Assembly (NCBI GenBank): GCA_028023455.1 | Contig: JAQFVV010000003.1 | Coordinates: 19,468,001-19,532,000 of the forward strand | Reading direction: 5' to 3' | DNA: 64,000 bases | DNA from: Epiperipatus broadwayi | Lineage: Eukaryota > Animalia > Onychophora | Shown here: positions 38,873-53,885 of the stretch, piece after piece | Layout of the letters: each line of letters opens with the position of its first letter | How positions within the stretch are numbered: the first letter of the stretch is position 1 | Made by a program: the position numbers and the translations under genes | Notes under the pieces: model-generated | What the model was told of the DNA's origin: nothing | Database searches by the model: none | Seen by the model: only the letters and a program-made list of their open reading frames with translations

Positions 38873-41800
38873 TATATATAAAACAAATTCAATTGACTCC
38901 TGAAAAAAAAAATCCAAGTTGAAAAACAGATTTGAAATAAAGTCCTAAGTATGGAAGACAAAGTTCTAATCACTACCTCAAAGAGTTCATTAAAATTAAG
39001 AGTTTAGAATAAATTAAGGAATGACAAATAATCACAAATTTCATCAATAAAGGTCAAGTTTTCTAATAATTATATCCTGCCTTGAAATAAAGAAAATTTA
39101 ACATAGATATTGTACTGGAAACTTTACTAAACCCCATTTACTAGACCATGCTTAGTCAATCACATGGAATAACAGGGCACCCTTTTAGTATAATAAAATT
39201 ATTATACAATAAAAGATTTATCTTTTAACTTCATTCAAATGGTTTTGATTAATATCAGCCTCACACATGGTGCACACCAATCAGAAAACAATACCAAGTT
39301 TGCACATCGCATATGGAATTATTTCAAGCTGAGATAAATCCTACAGAAATTATTATATAAAAAAGTTTCGCCGCAACGCATCAGCGTGTTATTAAATACC
39401 CTACATTATTACGAAAAAGATCAAACTAATGGTTATTAGCTATATTTTCTGATCTCTTTCTATGTATATCTCTATAATAGTCTGCAAAGTTTATCCTAAA
39501 CAGAGTATTTTTGAAAGGCCTAACTCAAACTTACCCTTTCGCATCACTTTCCAAGAGGGGAAATTCTCTCTTAGAAAGAATACATTGTTACAGATCATAT
39601 AGAAATATAGAATTAAAATTTCCTATATTGTCATCCCAATAATATAAGCTTGTTCAGTACTCTTTGAATTTTCAGGGTAAATGGATGAAAAATAAAAGTA
39701 GAATTAATAATTCAAATTTGTGTGGAATGAGATATGGAGATAACTAGACATTTATTAAAATAGGTTATAACTTAACATAATTTATTAATCCCAAATCCTA
39801 CCATTAATATTTAAAACAGAAAAACAATTAAACTAATACATAAAATAAATAAATAATGTATTCATTTAATATAAATGAAAACCCTCTTCCCCCTGATTCT
39901 TCAATTATATAAAAAGATATGTTTATTTTATTTTTAATCCTCAATTCATTAAACAAAATCCACTCAAAACAACAACCACAATATATATATATGTACATTT
40001 ATAAATACATAGCCATATGGACTGGGTAAGCTGTAACATCCTTGTGATGGGGTTTGATTATCATCATCCCTAGAACAATATATAAAACAGCCTTTAAATA
40101 GTCCCTGTAGAGACTCTTTCAATCTATCATACATTGAGAAATGACTAAAGTGATGACAATATTCACCATATAAGTCAGTATCCAGATAACAAGAATCTGT
40201 TTTTAGTTTTCTTCCTTATTTTATTTGCTAGTTAAAAATAGCTAGATACACATTTACAGACCAATAATTAGATGACTAACTTAGTATGACTTTTGAAAAC
40301 AACAACTCCAAATCTTGTAATCTGAGTATTCATTCTAGCTAAAATTCCATTATGCCACAAGACTCTTAATATACAAACATTCAAATTCAGAATGCTAAAA
40401 AAGCTAAAATTTAAAACCCACTTTCTACCTAATTAAAAAATTATTTAAATTTTAGATGAAGACTGCTAGGCACTCAAAACTGTTAATATAATAATAATAA
40501 AAGTCATTGTAAATACTTTGGATTAAAAAAAATCAGTAAATATGACTTAATTCCCCAATTTACTTTGAATGACATTTTATTTCAATTTTGGATGCCATAA
40601 TGTAAATAGTGCATAAAATCAATGAATATTAAATAGTAGTGTCAAATTTCTACAATTGGTTTAAAATTAAATGATCTAAGAGGATATTTACAAGAAACTA
40701 GCTGATTGTGCTGTAATTTAATCAAATCTAATGTCATCTATCAGAAGTTATTCAAATGACTAAAAATTAGTTGTTTCTGAAGTTGAAAATAGATGTCACT
40801 ACTGCTTAATGTGTTTAAGTTGTGTGCATGTGTGAATTTATAGGTTATTGCAGGCTTAATAATATCTTTGTTAAATGATTCATCTGCTATATCCATGACC
40901 TAAGATTCACATTGAAATTTGTTCATTTTCAAACTTCAAAGTTTAGGATGATAAGGATTATTGTTGTTGTTTTGGTGATTCTTAACCAAGCCAGCTATTC
41001 ATTTATTAAGTAAATTTGAGTGTTTAGCTAGACAGTGGAACAAAAAAAAAAAAAAAAACACTAAACCCTTCAAATAAGTTGATTTCAATAGGTAATGTCT
41101 TCTACTTCATTTTTTCTTTATGGAGAGATGCTGGAGAAGTATTTTTTCTGCAGTCAGCTATTTAAGACTGTTTTATCAGATGTTCTAAAAATCATTATGT
41201 AAGTATAAATTTTTATATTTATGATATTTAAATAAAACAAATCTACAATAAACAACATTTGAAAGCATAATTATTGAAACTTACTATGCATTAGTTTTAT
41301 GAATTTCGCAGAGAAATAGATTGCTAGAATTCCTCTTGACTTCATTGCCTCAGTGACCTGATTCAATATTACTGAATTATTTTGCAAATAGTCACTTAAA
41401 CATCAAAGTTTTATTAGATCAATAAATTAGGAATTGGAATTAGAAAACACTGAAGAATATTTTTACAGAGTTTGAAAACTGGCCGGAAAATATAGTAGTA
41501 AAATTTAGGAGTAAAATGTGAATTGTTTGAAATAATTATAATTTTAATACTTAAGATTTCATTATTGCTTTTTGAAAATATGCACTTTAAATTTATTAAA
41601 ATTCAAAACTGTCCAAACTTTTTCACTCTCCTGCACACACACACTCATAAATATATATAAGATAAAGCAGCTTATATATAGATGTTCACTGTAGGGTAAA
41701 GGCCTCTAAAACAATCTTTCATAAAGAACAGTAAATTAAGGAAAATAGTCATAAGGCATTCCACTTATTGGTTGATGAAGTTTCAAGCAGTTTCCCATCC

Positions 41801-43657
41801 TTGATCTATGTTTGGTTTAGAAGAGTTGGCCATGGATCAGCTACCTGAAAGTAAAAACTTAAGCTTCTTGAAAAAAGTTTCACTTGTCCTAGATTTGAAT
41901 CTCAGGTCATAGATATGGGAAGTAGATGTACCATATTCATATATGTATATAAATATTAAAAGAAAACCATAGAGATTAATTTTAAAATCTACATTAAAAG
42001 GAGTCATTCACTCTACTTACATTAAATTTGTTGATCTATATAAATGTGGCCAAATACAAATCATGAAACACATAGTGATAGACTGTGGAATGAATGACTG
42101 CTGAGGCAGAACTGAAGCACTTGATAAGGCCATCAGTGAATCAACCTCCTGTCTTGAATTTATAAAGGTTTCTTTATAATAATTTACTAATAGTTAAAAT
42201 ATTTAACAACAAAAAAGCATATATGTTAAATAAATAAATAAAATTCGAATCACACTCCCAGACTAGTTTCTGAGTATTGGTTTTTGTCAGTCAGAAGCAC
42301 TGAATGGCACCTTTGCTCTTGTCATATTTAAAACAATGACCCAAAAGATTCAAATACTCTAAAAAATCATAAATCAAGTTACCTGTCAGTCAAATTAAAA
42401 AATATAGTAAATTGCTGCTTTACAGTAACTAAAAACTGCCTGTTTAATTGTTCATTCATTAAAAATTTGAGCACTGGAAGTGCTAGAGCTACAGCTGCAA
42501 TCCATGAGCCTTACCTTAGGGAGTCTATCACTGAAGTAAACCATGAAGGGCTTGATATTAATCTAATGATTACTTACCCTTAGTGATCAGAGTAAATTTT
42601 TTACCTTTATTATTATGTGTACTATGATAATTAGTTGCCTTAGTAATCTACTGTCTATATAAAAATATATAGATGATTTGGTTCAGCAGTTTATATCCAT
42701 TATTCTAGATTTACATTAACCAAATGATTTTTCAATATAATGATTTGTCATAAGGTTTGAACCTAAAAATTAATTGGAAATTTTTTCAGATAGCTAAGGA
42801 TCTCAAAGAATTCCCCCCCCCCCCAGATAGCTAACTAATAACTAATCGAATGAACCATCCAATTTAGAATATCTAATTGTTCTAGGGTTACAGAGTAATT
42901 ATTTTTTTTTTTAAATTCTCTCCACTAAAGTCTGATAAATAAAGTCTTCTCCTTCACTGCTTCTCTGAGGAGAAATATTGGAGAGACATTTACCTTGCAG
43001 TGAACTATTTAAAGCTATTTATTTGTCTTACATTGCCTAGATCATTTAACGATGCTTAGACATTTTACTGTTAAACAGTATTAATTACTAAACTATTTTC
43101 CAAATCGCACATGGTCAGTGGTTTATCAGGAGATTTTCATACTAATAGTGAATAGGTTAAACAGCAGAACTTTTCATTTATTTACATAATATATAATCAT
43201 GTTTACATTTATAATTTATTATTACCAAGCAAGAATGAAAATAAATATATGCAAAATCCATAGACAGTAACAATACTAACAACAATCAATCATAAGAATT
43301 AAGCGTCACCAAATATATGAATATATTAATATTTTCTGGCATTGCCAAGTTCAATATGATTTAACAAAGAGAAAATAAATCTACAAACTGAAACAAATGC
43401 CATTAACTAATAATGTACGATTGTTGATATCATAAATAAAGTATCGTGTGACTTTCTTTAGCTTTTATAATCTGCCACCTCTTCCACTCAACAACTAAAG
43501 CGGGGGCAATCAGTGGACACTATTAGGGTTTGTTTGCTCTGTAAAGCTGTGTCGATATATTTTCAACAACCAGTTATTTAAAAATAAACAAACAAACAAA
43601 AAAATCTCACGATTATGTTGTTGCAAGAGAAAGAATACATATATTTTAAACAAAAAA

Positions 43658-43678
43658 GCGTTGGTGACCTAGTGGTCA
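43658..43678 (+). pseudogene. tRNA-Gly 5' fragment
   Basis: GCGTTGGTGACCTAGTGGTCA resembles the tRNA-Gly(TCC) 5' end. No 3' half follows. Confidence 0.35.
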
Positions 43679-44170
43679 AATAAATGAGAAATTTAGACAG
43701 ATTGCGTAAGTTAAAATATTAGTTTAATTTTCAGCAAGATTCAATTACATACATAACTGTTACATACGGTCAGTAAAGCACTCTTTTAAAGCTGGATATC
43801 ATAGAGTCTTGGCCACTGTAGTCTCTAATTTTTTACTACCCTGATTCTCTCTATATATTCCACTTATATACCCTACTTCTGGAGTTCAAACAAAACATCT
43901 CTCATTCCATAAATATCTCTCCTTATATGGTCTGATAACTGAGCCATTCACTAGTCCCTATGGGTTTTGATTCATCCCCAATTTCACATTATAAGGTGAG
44001 GCATTTTGGTGGTAAATTTTGCTTAAACCTTCACACCGTATATAGTTATACACTTCTAATACTATTTACTCATACAATTCTATACTTATTTATGAATCCC
44101 CCTAATTTTACAATACTATTTACATAATAAATTTCAAACAAGGCTCAACTAACTTGTCCGTGACACCACA

Positions 44171-44225
44171 GTTAGCATAGCTGCCTTCCAAGCAGCTGGC
44201 CCGGGTTTGCTTCCCAGTCAACACA
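44171..44225 (+). pseudogene. tRNA-Gly(TCC) pseudogene or SINE head lacking the 5' acceptor strand
   Basis: GTTAGCATA-GCTGC-CT-TCC-AA-GCAGC-TGGCCCGGGTTTGCTTCCCAGTCAACACA. The anticodon arm is perfect and the T-loop is degenerate. Confidence 0.7.
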
Positions 44226-44564
44226 TTTGATATATAAGGAAAAAGAATTTTATTTTTTTAAATTTCCTATTATATATATATATCCGTTGATAACCACAAA
44301 ATGTTTTCATTAATTTATTCAGCTCACATCCATAGTGAATGTATATTTGCAATTTAATACTAATTTTATAAATGAAGTCACTCATCAATCAAATTTTTTC
44401 CTTGATAAGTTAATCATCAATAACGCACTATGAATACGATAACAATAGATCAAATTAAACCTAAACTTACACCTGAAGTACAAATCACCAGGCTAAATTT
44501 ATTCTACTTTGATCACAATTTAATACGAAAGTGTGTAAAATACTTGAAAAAATCAAAGAAGAGA

Positions 44565-44680
44565 ACAATGGGTGGTGAAGTAAATGGACTCCATCATTGA
44601 AATAATGAGTGTAACATTAATCAAATTGAAAAACTAAAGACACTGCAGATCATTCTCCTAATAATATTATAAACCAATAT
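44565..44680 (+). mobile_element. Possible RTE-type LINE C-terminal remnant
   Basis: MDSIIEIMSVTLIKL resembles the RW(M)DSI motif at the end of RTE ORFs. Short and degenerate. Confidence 0.3.
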
Positions 44681-47457
44681 GAGATCAATTGATAAACTAT
44701 TCTCATACAACATATTTATTAAACAGAAATTTGTTTAGGTTATAAAAAATCTGTCCAATTTAGCACAGTGATAGTATCAGACTCAACTAAAAATTCCTGA
44801 ATCTAGTCTTAGTTGAATCTGCCACTTGGGAAATTGAAAGTCATATAAGCAGAGGTTTTAATCTAGTCCAGATGAAAATCAGACATTTCCCCATGTTATA
44901 AGAATTCTATAGTTTGATAAATATCTATTATTGGCTAGAATTAAACTGGGTTGATCAGTGAAAGTTGATGGAGTGCTAGCTTCCTGTGCTATTTAAAAAT
45001 GGTTCTAGAATAAAAAAACTTGCATTAACTAACTTTAAAGACAGTTATTATAAAATGGATAGAAATTATATACATCAATTTCTTTCACAAGGTATTTGAT
45101 TTTCATTTACTAATGATTGGATATTTGCTACTTTTATAAATTGGAAATGGAATTTTTTTTCAACAACTCAGTTATCCTAATTTTTATATTTTTTTTGAAA
45201 TTTAAAAGATATAATTAAATGTAATATAGTCTTCAGCACTAGTCAAAGAGATATCATACTTCTATGGACTACAAGCTTGAACTTTAATATTGTCCCTTTT
45301 AACTAATGGCAATTCCAGTGCAATAATGCCAAATGTAAATAATTTAGCCTCAATTCATTCAGAAATGAAACTGTTTTTTTGATTCTATATTATTAGCTAA
45401 TAATAACAATAATAATAATCATATAATCAGCTGCTATGGAGATCATAAAGAGTTTTTTTCTTTCTTGACATTATCCTGTTAAGAATGAATTTTGAACCCT
45501 TAATTGTGAATTTGCTATTCCATCACAAGGCAAAATCTAAAAGGCTCAGTTACAAATTCCTCCAATGAAACAAACAACTGATTATTTTATTCAAAACAAT
45601 TTTATATTTTAAAAAGTTCATTTAAAGTAATATATATATATTTACCAGATCTCCAATTTTACTTATCTATTAATATAGTTGTAAGATTTTTCTCAGATAA
45701 TAAAAAAAATATATCAAATTTTTATTTATGTAAATTGAATTAATACAAAGTTGACTTATTTATTAAATTTTATGTGTAAATATTATTATAAAAATGAGTA
45801 CAATTTATGAAATAAATTTCTTCTAAACAATATTTGATTTTCCTTTGATAATTAATTAGTTACCACCAACAATATCATATGACCTTCTCATAAGCTTCCA
45901 AAAGCATTTCTATTTGCTCTTCCCTAGAGTCATTTACTATTAGCTTGAGTAATCAGTGGACACTAGATACTATATTATCTTTATATGCCAGACTAGTTTT
46001 TGGTTTTTGCCTTAATTGATGAGACACAAAGCAGTCTGGAGTGAGAATATTACAGTAATTAAATGATGTTTATTGATTACTCAAGCATATAGTAGATGGT
46101 TCTAGAATGAAAAGAACTGCTTTTGATAATTATTTCTGAGACATGACTGAAAATGTGCTACTACAACAAACTAGAAGCTGAAATTGAATTTTTTTTTTAG
46201 TGATTCCAAGTTCCTTATTTTTATATTTTAAATTTATATGACATTATGTTTTTTAATCTTAATCTTTTAGTAAATATCACTAGAACTGAAATTATTTTAA
46301 CAACAGACCTTATTAAATTGGTGTGAATCTATAGCAGTATATCATTATATTTTCCCATGTAAATAAAAAAAGAAATGGTCTAAGGAAGCATATCTGACAT
46401 CTTCTAGTACTTTAGGAAAAACGCACAATATGGTCACCAAAATAATTTAAACTTATACTGATTATATGATTTTGATCAGAAATGCCATTAAGCAAAAACC
46501 ATTCATAATAATAGAAAATGTTTGATCATTGATTATATTCTTCTTAACAGAAACCAGAAAGTAAGGGTGGAAATCTGCTATGACTGCCATTTAGCTTCCA
46601 CTAATTACTGAATACTCACAAAGAATTGGTTTTAGAATTTAAAAATTCCTTCTATCTTATGACTGGCATATGTAAACATACATGGTTTTGTTGAAGAAGC
46701 AACATTTAAAAAAGGATAGGTAGGAAAAAGAGCACACATTATTATTATTATTATTATTCTTTAGAGAAATAAACAATCAAATAAATATATTTAAGCGATT
46801 GTAATCTCAAGAAAAAATAAAACATTTTAAAGATCCCTTTTTTTTAAAAATTACAAAATTAAAAAAAAATATTTTTTTTTTTTTACTTTAATCTTTAGAT
46901 ATAGAATCCACTAGATTCACATTGGTGTTATTGCAATGCATGATTTTTATAGCTAGAATTCTTTTTGATGACTTAATGGTTAAAAATTTCCAAAGAAAAA
47001 TTAAGCTTTTAATTCTAATTATTGGTCCTAGATGTCAGCAGCATTCAGTATTTTAAAATTTTCAGGAGAAAATACATATCTCCATGTACTCACCACAGAC
47101 TATTCATTTATTATAATATTGACAAAAATTATGTATTTACTGTTTATTAAATATTTATTCTTTATAAAAATTCTTTATTATTTATTGATGTTTACATGTG
47201 TAGCTTTTGTTTGAATATAAATAATTATTAGGATGAACTTCACTGCTAAAAATTTATATGATGTCAAACATAAATGCCATTGTTATTTTTACTATTGATT
47301 TTTAATCTTTCAAAGAATATTTTTACTATTTTAACTTGTGCTTTAACCAAATTGTGTCTAAAACATATAGATTTGATGGAGAACAAAACTGAAAACAAAC
47401 AAATTTTCAGTGATTGTTAACTTATTGCTTTGTTTTCTTTCTCATGTGTCATACCAT

Positions 47458-47533
47458 CAGCCGGGAAGTGAACCCGCTAACTTGGGACAACTGCTTGTAA
47501 AGCAGCTGTCGTTGACCTCTCGACTACCAATGC
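47458..47533 (-). mobile_element. tRNA-Gly-derived SINE-like relic (anticodon position TAC)
   Basis: Minus strand GCATTGGTAGTCGAGAGGTCAACGACAGCTGCTTTACAAGCAGTTGTCCCAAG...GGGTTCACTTCCCGGCTG. Same family as 4829-4900. Confidence 0.65.
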
Positions 47534-49196
47534 TTGACAAATTATTGCTTTTTTTATATTTGTAAAGTTAATATTTTATTCGTAATAATATTTTTATTTG
47601 AATTAATAAAATATATCAAAAACAGAAAAATGTGATAAAGAATATGTTTCTTTTTTTTCAATAAAAATTACAACTGAAAAAAAAAAAAGTTAAAACAACA
47701 AAACAGTACAATTAGTTATTGGATCTGTCTATGATTGACAATTTACAGATAATGAAAGAATGAATTTTATTAATGAATAAAAAGAAGTTTGAGGAAGGGA
47801 TGATTAAAAACAAAACAGATACTTAGAAGTCATGGTGTAAAAAAGAATGAATATTGTAGCCTAATATATATATATAACAATTCTCTACGTTATTAATACA
47901 TTTAAAAATGATGTATGTGATTTTGTACTATGGCCATACTAATGAAAAAATAATTTAATTACACAAATTTATTATTACTGAATTTTGGAATGATTTAAGA
48001 AATGATTTTTAAATAATAACTAAAATAGTTTGAAAAAACTGTGCTCTTTCACACTTTAGATACAAGTAAGAATGCATTACAAAAATTGGAAGGCAAAATT
48101 AAATTAAACATAATATAATATTAGAAAGGTGGAGATATGAATACTTCAATATAAAATAATGTTGAAGTTTTATTGAGCAATTTATTATTAAGCTGTATAA
48201 TTTTTTTAATATATACTTTTAAAAATTACATGCAATTAATTTATAAAATTATTAAACCATCTATCATTTTTATTTAGATGAAAGAATGAGTTGCTCTAAC
48301 TTCTGCTTTATAAAAATAAAATATTACTCAAAGAAATTGAATTCTGGACATCTTGACAGAAAATTTTTTTAAATCTTTTTAAAAAAAAAAACCAAATATT
48401 TTTACTTTTTAGTCAGAATATTTATACTTTAAGTTTCGTGGTATAATTAATTAAAATGCAGGTTTAAATATATTTTTTATTACAATTTGATTTACAACTG
48501 TCAAATTTTCTGTTTCAAAACCATGATATTATCTACTTCAGATTTATTAGATTAGAGATTATCATATCAATCCTAACCCAGATATAAACTTTCTGTTAAA
48601 AATTAAGATATTTATTTCTTACTACACTTGAATATATGGAGTGATTTAATTTCATCTATTTATTCATGTATAATATCTTTTTTTAGATATATTTAAAACT
48701 TCCATTATACCACACACTTTTAAACATATGAAAAAGACAAATGACCCCAAGTAAGTTAAATCAGTATTCTTCACAATCCCTTACATGTTATCTGAAATGG
48801 ATGGAGCTAAATTTGTGAGTGCAGAAAATTTGTCACTTATAAATCACATTGTAATATCAACTTTACAAATAAAAAATAACAAAAATATTAACAACACAGA
48901 GAAATTTCATATCAGTTCTATTCTAAAAAAATATATATTCAATGAAATAAAACTTATTTTCTATGAAATCTGCAAATTTTAGTCATGTTTTTATTAAAGC
49001 ATGAGTTCAAATAAATAACTGGAAATATTAAAAACCAACTTTTTAATTTAAAAAAATCATAAAAAGCAAAGGCCATTTTCTGTTAGACATCATATAAAAA
49101 AAAAGCTACATGTAAACATCAATATTTATTAAGAAATGAATATTTACTAATTTTATAAAAAATAAATAAATAATAATAATAATAATAAATTATTAG

Positions 49197-50946
49197 ATGT
49201 GCTGAGGAAAACAACAATACCTCCATCCCTACTATATATAATAGCCAATCTGCTACTCAGCCGTGAAATTCACATCACATTGAATGGGAAAAATTCACCA
49301 GCCTTCAGACTGAGTCAATCCATCCCACAAGGATCCCCCCTCAGTGCCTTGCTCTTTACAATATATATAAATTCTCTATTAATAGAGATACAGAAAAAAT
49401 AAAAGGTATTCAAATCCCAAACACTGCTTTAAATACATCATGCATAGCCTATAAGGATGATGTAACCATTTTCCTCCCCTCTAAAAAGAACCTCCCCATA
49501 TTACAAGAGATAATCAAGAATTATACCTCAAATTTTAATTTAAAAATTAACACAAATAAAACTGCTGCATGGTCAATATACACAGGCAAGCACTGTACAG
49601 AGATGTTTAATGGTAAACCATCTGCTTTCCTTGGTTTCCCATTCTACCTTGGAACCAATGGAATGAGGCAAAAAATTCAAAATAAATTAAAAAAAGATGC
49701 TGAAAAAATCACAGCCTCACTTGAAAAGTCATACCTGTCAATATATGCAAAGGCAGCACTATTTAATCAACTTATAATTACAAAAATTACCTACTACACA
49801 CCTATAATCAAATTTTCAAAAACATTCATATCTAAAATCTCATCAATCTGTAACAAACTAATATGGAAGAGAAAGACAGTGGCAATTTCTTTAAAAAATC
49901 TGAGCAGACCACCACATAGCAATGGACTTGGACTCCATACAATTAATGTTTTTTACACACAGAAATCAGTAAATCTAATAACAGCAACCATAAAAAGATT
50001 TCCAGACCTGGAGTGTGTAATCAGTATAATACCCACAGACAGACCACCCCCTTCATATGGATATCTATCCACACTGATTGAAGAACTCAAGCAAATATAC
50101 AACAAAATATCACTCAATAATGACAACAAGTATACATACTGAGACATTTATAATATACTATATCCAAACCAGACACCTAATCTACATCCATCAGTTCTTG
50201 GGATAGACAACAGGCAACTATTGCAACAATTCAGAAAATGGTCATTAGAACCAAAATTTTTTGATTTTCTACTTAAGCTTAATCTCAATGCTCTGCACAA
50301 CACATTTCCTTAAATTTCGTAGATTCTATACAAATATAGACCCCATGTGTGGGCTACGTCATAGAGAAGAAGAGACACAAGACTATTTTTCTTCATTCCT
50401 GCAGTGCCCTAGAAACAATATGTCGCACAATGTTTACCACATACAGAAAGGCTATCATTTCAATTGATGACATAATACTTTTAAAAAAGGCAACAGTGCT
50501 GCTATTCGTGCAGCAACATACAGCCTTTATGCCTACTGGTGTACCAGATGCACTTTTGCACTTGCCAATAACCCTCGACGCCACCCAGCAACATATTCAA
50601 TAAAACTAGAACTGTTCAGAAAAAGAGACAGCATCCTAGCTCAACCAGATGTGTTTGCAGCCACATGGTCACACTTGAAACAAAGATCCAGTCTATGAAA
50701 TATAAAGGCCAATAAGATAGATGATGACATTTTCAACATCAGCATTTTTTCCAACTTCAAAGAGATGCAAGCATAAACTGAACTAAATAGAAGACCAAAT
50801 TTAAAAACAAGAAAAAAGAAAAGTATGCAGAAATGATAAAGACTTATATACTGAAAGTTGTAATTTGTTTTTCATTTGTAACAAATCAATATAGTACTAG
50901 ATGTGACTCTGTAACTTTTTAGACTCAATAAAGTTTTGCTTTGAAA
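49197..50946 (+). mobile_element. 5'-truncated L1/Tx1-clade LINE (RT domains 4-7, C-terminal region, 3' UTR)
   Basis: SIPQGSPLSALLFTIYIN, then one frameshift in an A-run, then IAYKDDVTIFL, LKINTNKT, LSIYAKAALFNQLIITKITY and SRPPHSNGLGL. A decayed Cys motif lies at ~50345-50410 and AATAAA at 50927-50932. Confidence 0.85.
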
Positions 50947-51145
<199 letters not shown>

Positions 51146-51232
51146 CACAAAAACTTAAAAATGAAGTTAAAAAAGAGAAGTTATAAATAAATATAATAAA
51201 AATAAGCTAAACATTTTCGAGGATCCATGTCT

Positions 51233-51277
51233 CATCATCATCATCATCATCATAATAATAATAATAATAATAATAAT
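51233..51277 (+). repeat. Compound microsatellite (CAT)7(AAT)8
   Basis: Read directly from the sequence. Confidence 0.97.
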
Positions 51278-51843
51278 AAAACCTATATTGAGCACATGTA
51301 GATATTTTATCCAGAAAATTTGATCTCCCTTGAAATATTGAATGCTGCTGATATATAGGTACAATAGTTACAATTACATCTTAATCTTCCAAATCCAATT
51401 ATCAAAATCACTAAAAGCTTAATTTTAATTGTTTGTTGGAAACTTTTAATCATTAAATTGATTAAAAAAACTCTGGCCACTAGAATCATACTTTGTGATT
51501 GCAACACCCATGTGAACTTAGCAGATTCTTCACTTACAGATAATAAATAAATAAATGACTTTTATTTTGTAATTTATGAATAAAAATGGAATTTTAAAAT
51601 GCCTTATTTTTTTAACTGAGATTACAATCACATAATATACTTAGATTTTTTTTCCTCTAGAAGATGATTGTAATTTTAAAAATGTGTATCTTCTCCTTTA
51701 TCCTCTTTTTTTTTGTAAATATATTTTTCTGATAATATTTTGTATAACTATATCTTTCTTATATAACTTGCATATTATCAATGGGATACTATTCAAATGT
51801 CAATACTTAAGTGTGTAGCAGGGATCATTTGTAAAAAAATTTG

Positions 51844-52600
51844 GGTACTTACATATCACTCCTTTGCTATCGTCGCTGAGTGTTTTTTACTTAATTATCC
51901 ATTTTCAGGGGCTTCAAAGTAATTCTTTGTTGTTTTTTTTCCTCAAAATTATTTCATCGAACATGTGTTACTTGTTAAATTTAAAAAAATACTAAATAAA
52001 GCAAATATAAATTCATATTAACCTTAAAAATATTTTTTTTATAAATGTCATTCACAACATTAATGAATTATTATTTTTACGTATATTATAACATACAAAT
52101 CATTAACATATTGTGGTGATTTTTTTATGCTTACTGCAGCATTGTTCAAGTTATTGGTTAATTATTTTTCCTAACCTTTTGCAAAAATGATTAAAATTTG
52201 GGAATTTACCAATGACAGAGATGATGCAGTGAAGTATTTTCAAAATTACGGAATAGTGCCACCACAAAAAGTGTGTGCTAAAGGGCATGATATAAAATTT
52301 TATATGTAAATGGAGATAATAAGTGGTGTAATCTCAAAATATGTTCGAAGTGAGTATTCTTTCATCATGTTTTTTATTTTGTTTATTACATTTATGTTAA
52401 ATTTTATTTAATTACAATCGTTTGGAGTTTTGTGTAATTTATTGTGTTTTTATAATCATTTAAAAAAAAATCATTGATATTAATATCAAAAATCATCTTA
52501 AAAAATAACAACACTGTATTGTTTAAAATATGACGCCCCTGAAAATGGATAATTAATCAAAAAGTGCCAAGAGAAAGGAGCAAAGGAATATGTAAGCACC
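51844..52600 (+). mobile_element. Merlin (IS1595-related) non-autonomous derivative
   Basis: Long imperfect TIRs GGTACTTACATAT...TTAATTATCCATTTTCAGGGGC and GCCCCTGAAAATGGATAATTAA...ATATGTAAGCACC. Internal MIKIWEFTNDRDDAVKYFQNYGIVPPQKVCAKGH resembles a Merlin transposase N-terminus. No clean TSD. Confidence 0.7.
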
Positions 52601-52974
52601 ATTTTTTTGAAACCTAACAAATATATAATATACATTCAGTCTTGATAATTCAACAATATACATGGTATAGCTAAAATTCATCTCAAATATTGTGGTTTTT
52701 TTAATTTAATTATTTTTAGTTTTATAAATATAGGCTGCATATTCTCCTTGACACATTAAGAATTTTCTTTGGGGGAAGAAGGAGGCTGCACATATTTACT
52801 TTCAGAAAGGGTCAGCTCAAGAATTTTTAGTGGTCTAGGCAAGATTTCAATCTTGGGACAATTTCAGTAACTAATCTTTTCTCTTTCCCGCTATTTCACT
52901 ATTGTTTATAAATGCCCTTCTCCACTTTATACCTAGATGCCTCATGTATTGAATAGACTGAATACTTATATGCA

Positions 52975-53885
52975 ATGTTTTCCTGAAGGTTTGTGATGAT
53001 GATGTTTAGTTGTATTTATATGTTGGACTATTTGCACCATCAAATATGAGTATTGAATGTCTTTAGAAAAAATTAACTTTATTTAAATATTCCAAATACA
53101 TTCAATTGTTAGTAATAGCACACAGGTTAGTAAATGCACAATGTTTCGAGAGGTATTATTCTCTCATCGTTTTCAGGTGTTGCTGGCCTGATTAGTGATA
53201 GTGCTAGCATTGGAATCGAACCTGGACCCTTAAATTCTTTGAGTATTGAACTGAGCAATCCTGCCAAAGGCAACGGTCAGTAGCAATTTCATATTTATTT
53301 ATGAGGTTCTTCCTGATTTCTTCACTTTTTTCTAAGAGCAAAGTTGATTAGTAGTTTCCATATATTATGTATAGTCATACTAGGTTGACTGATGGGATTG
53401 TTTTCCATTGTCATGTGAGCAGCTTTTTAAAATTTTCTTTTTTATATCTTTTCTTCTTTATCCAATATTTTCATATTTTCCCAATTGTACATATGTTTAT
53501 TGGTGCATGCATGGTCTGCTACCTTAGATACATCTGTTTTCTCTCTTCTATTCATCAGTTGTGTTCTAGTAAATGATTTTCAATGGGATAACTGGTCTCA
53601 CCAGTATACATTCTTCCACATTCACATGATATTTTATAGATGCAGTTTTTTTTCAGCATTTCAAGTTTAGGCTTTGTAGATGTTAGAATTTCTTATAGTG
53701 TGGTATGGCTTTGGAAAGTTGTTCTGATGTTATACTGATTGCAGATTTTCTTTAATTTATCTATTTTTGGTATGTATGGGTACACTATAATAGCAATAAT
53801 TTCTTTTTCTTTTCATGATTCTTTTTGTTGTCTATTTAAGATTTTCTTAATAACAGCTGATGGATAACCATTTTTCATAAGAGTT
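52975..53885 (-). mobile_element. Penelope-like element, inverted arm (GIY-YIG endonuclease plus terminal repeat)
   Basis: Minus strand: KNGYPSAVIKK...PYIPK...CIYKISCECGRMYTGETS, followed by the pLTR with a partly deleted tRNA-like head and CCTGAAAACGATGAGAGAATAATACCTCTCGAAAC. Confidence 0.85.

Noticed and set aside
44171-44225. Functional tRNA-Gly gene
   Set aside because: The 5' acceptor strand and A box are missing and the T-loop is mutated.
46440-46620. IDYILLN motif suggesting a LINE endonuclease remnant
   Set aside because: Too short and degenerate to support a call.
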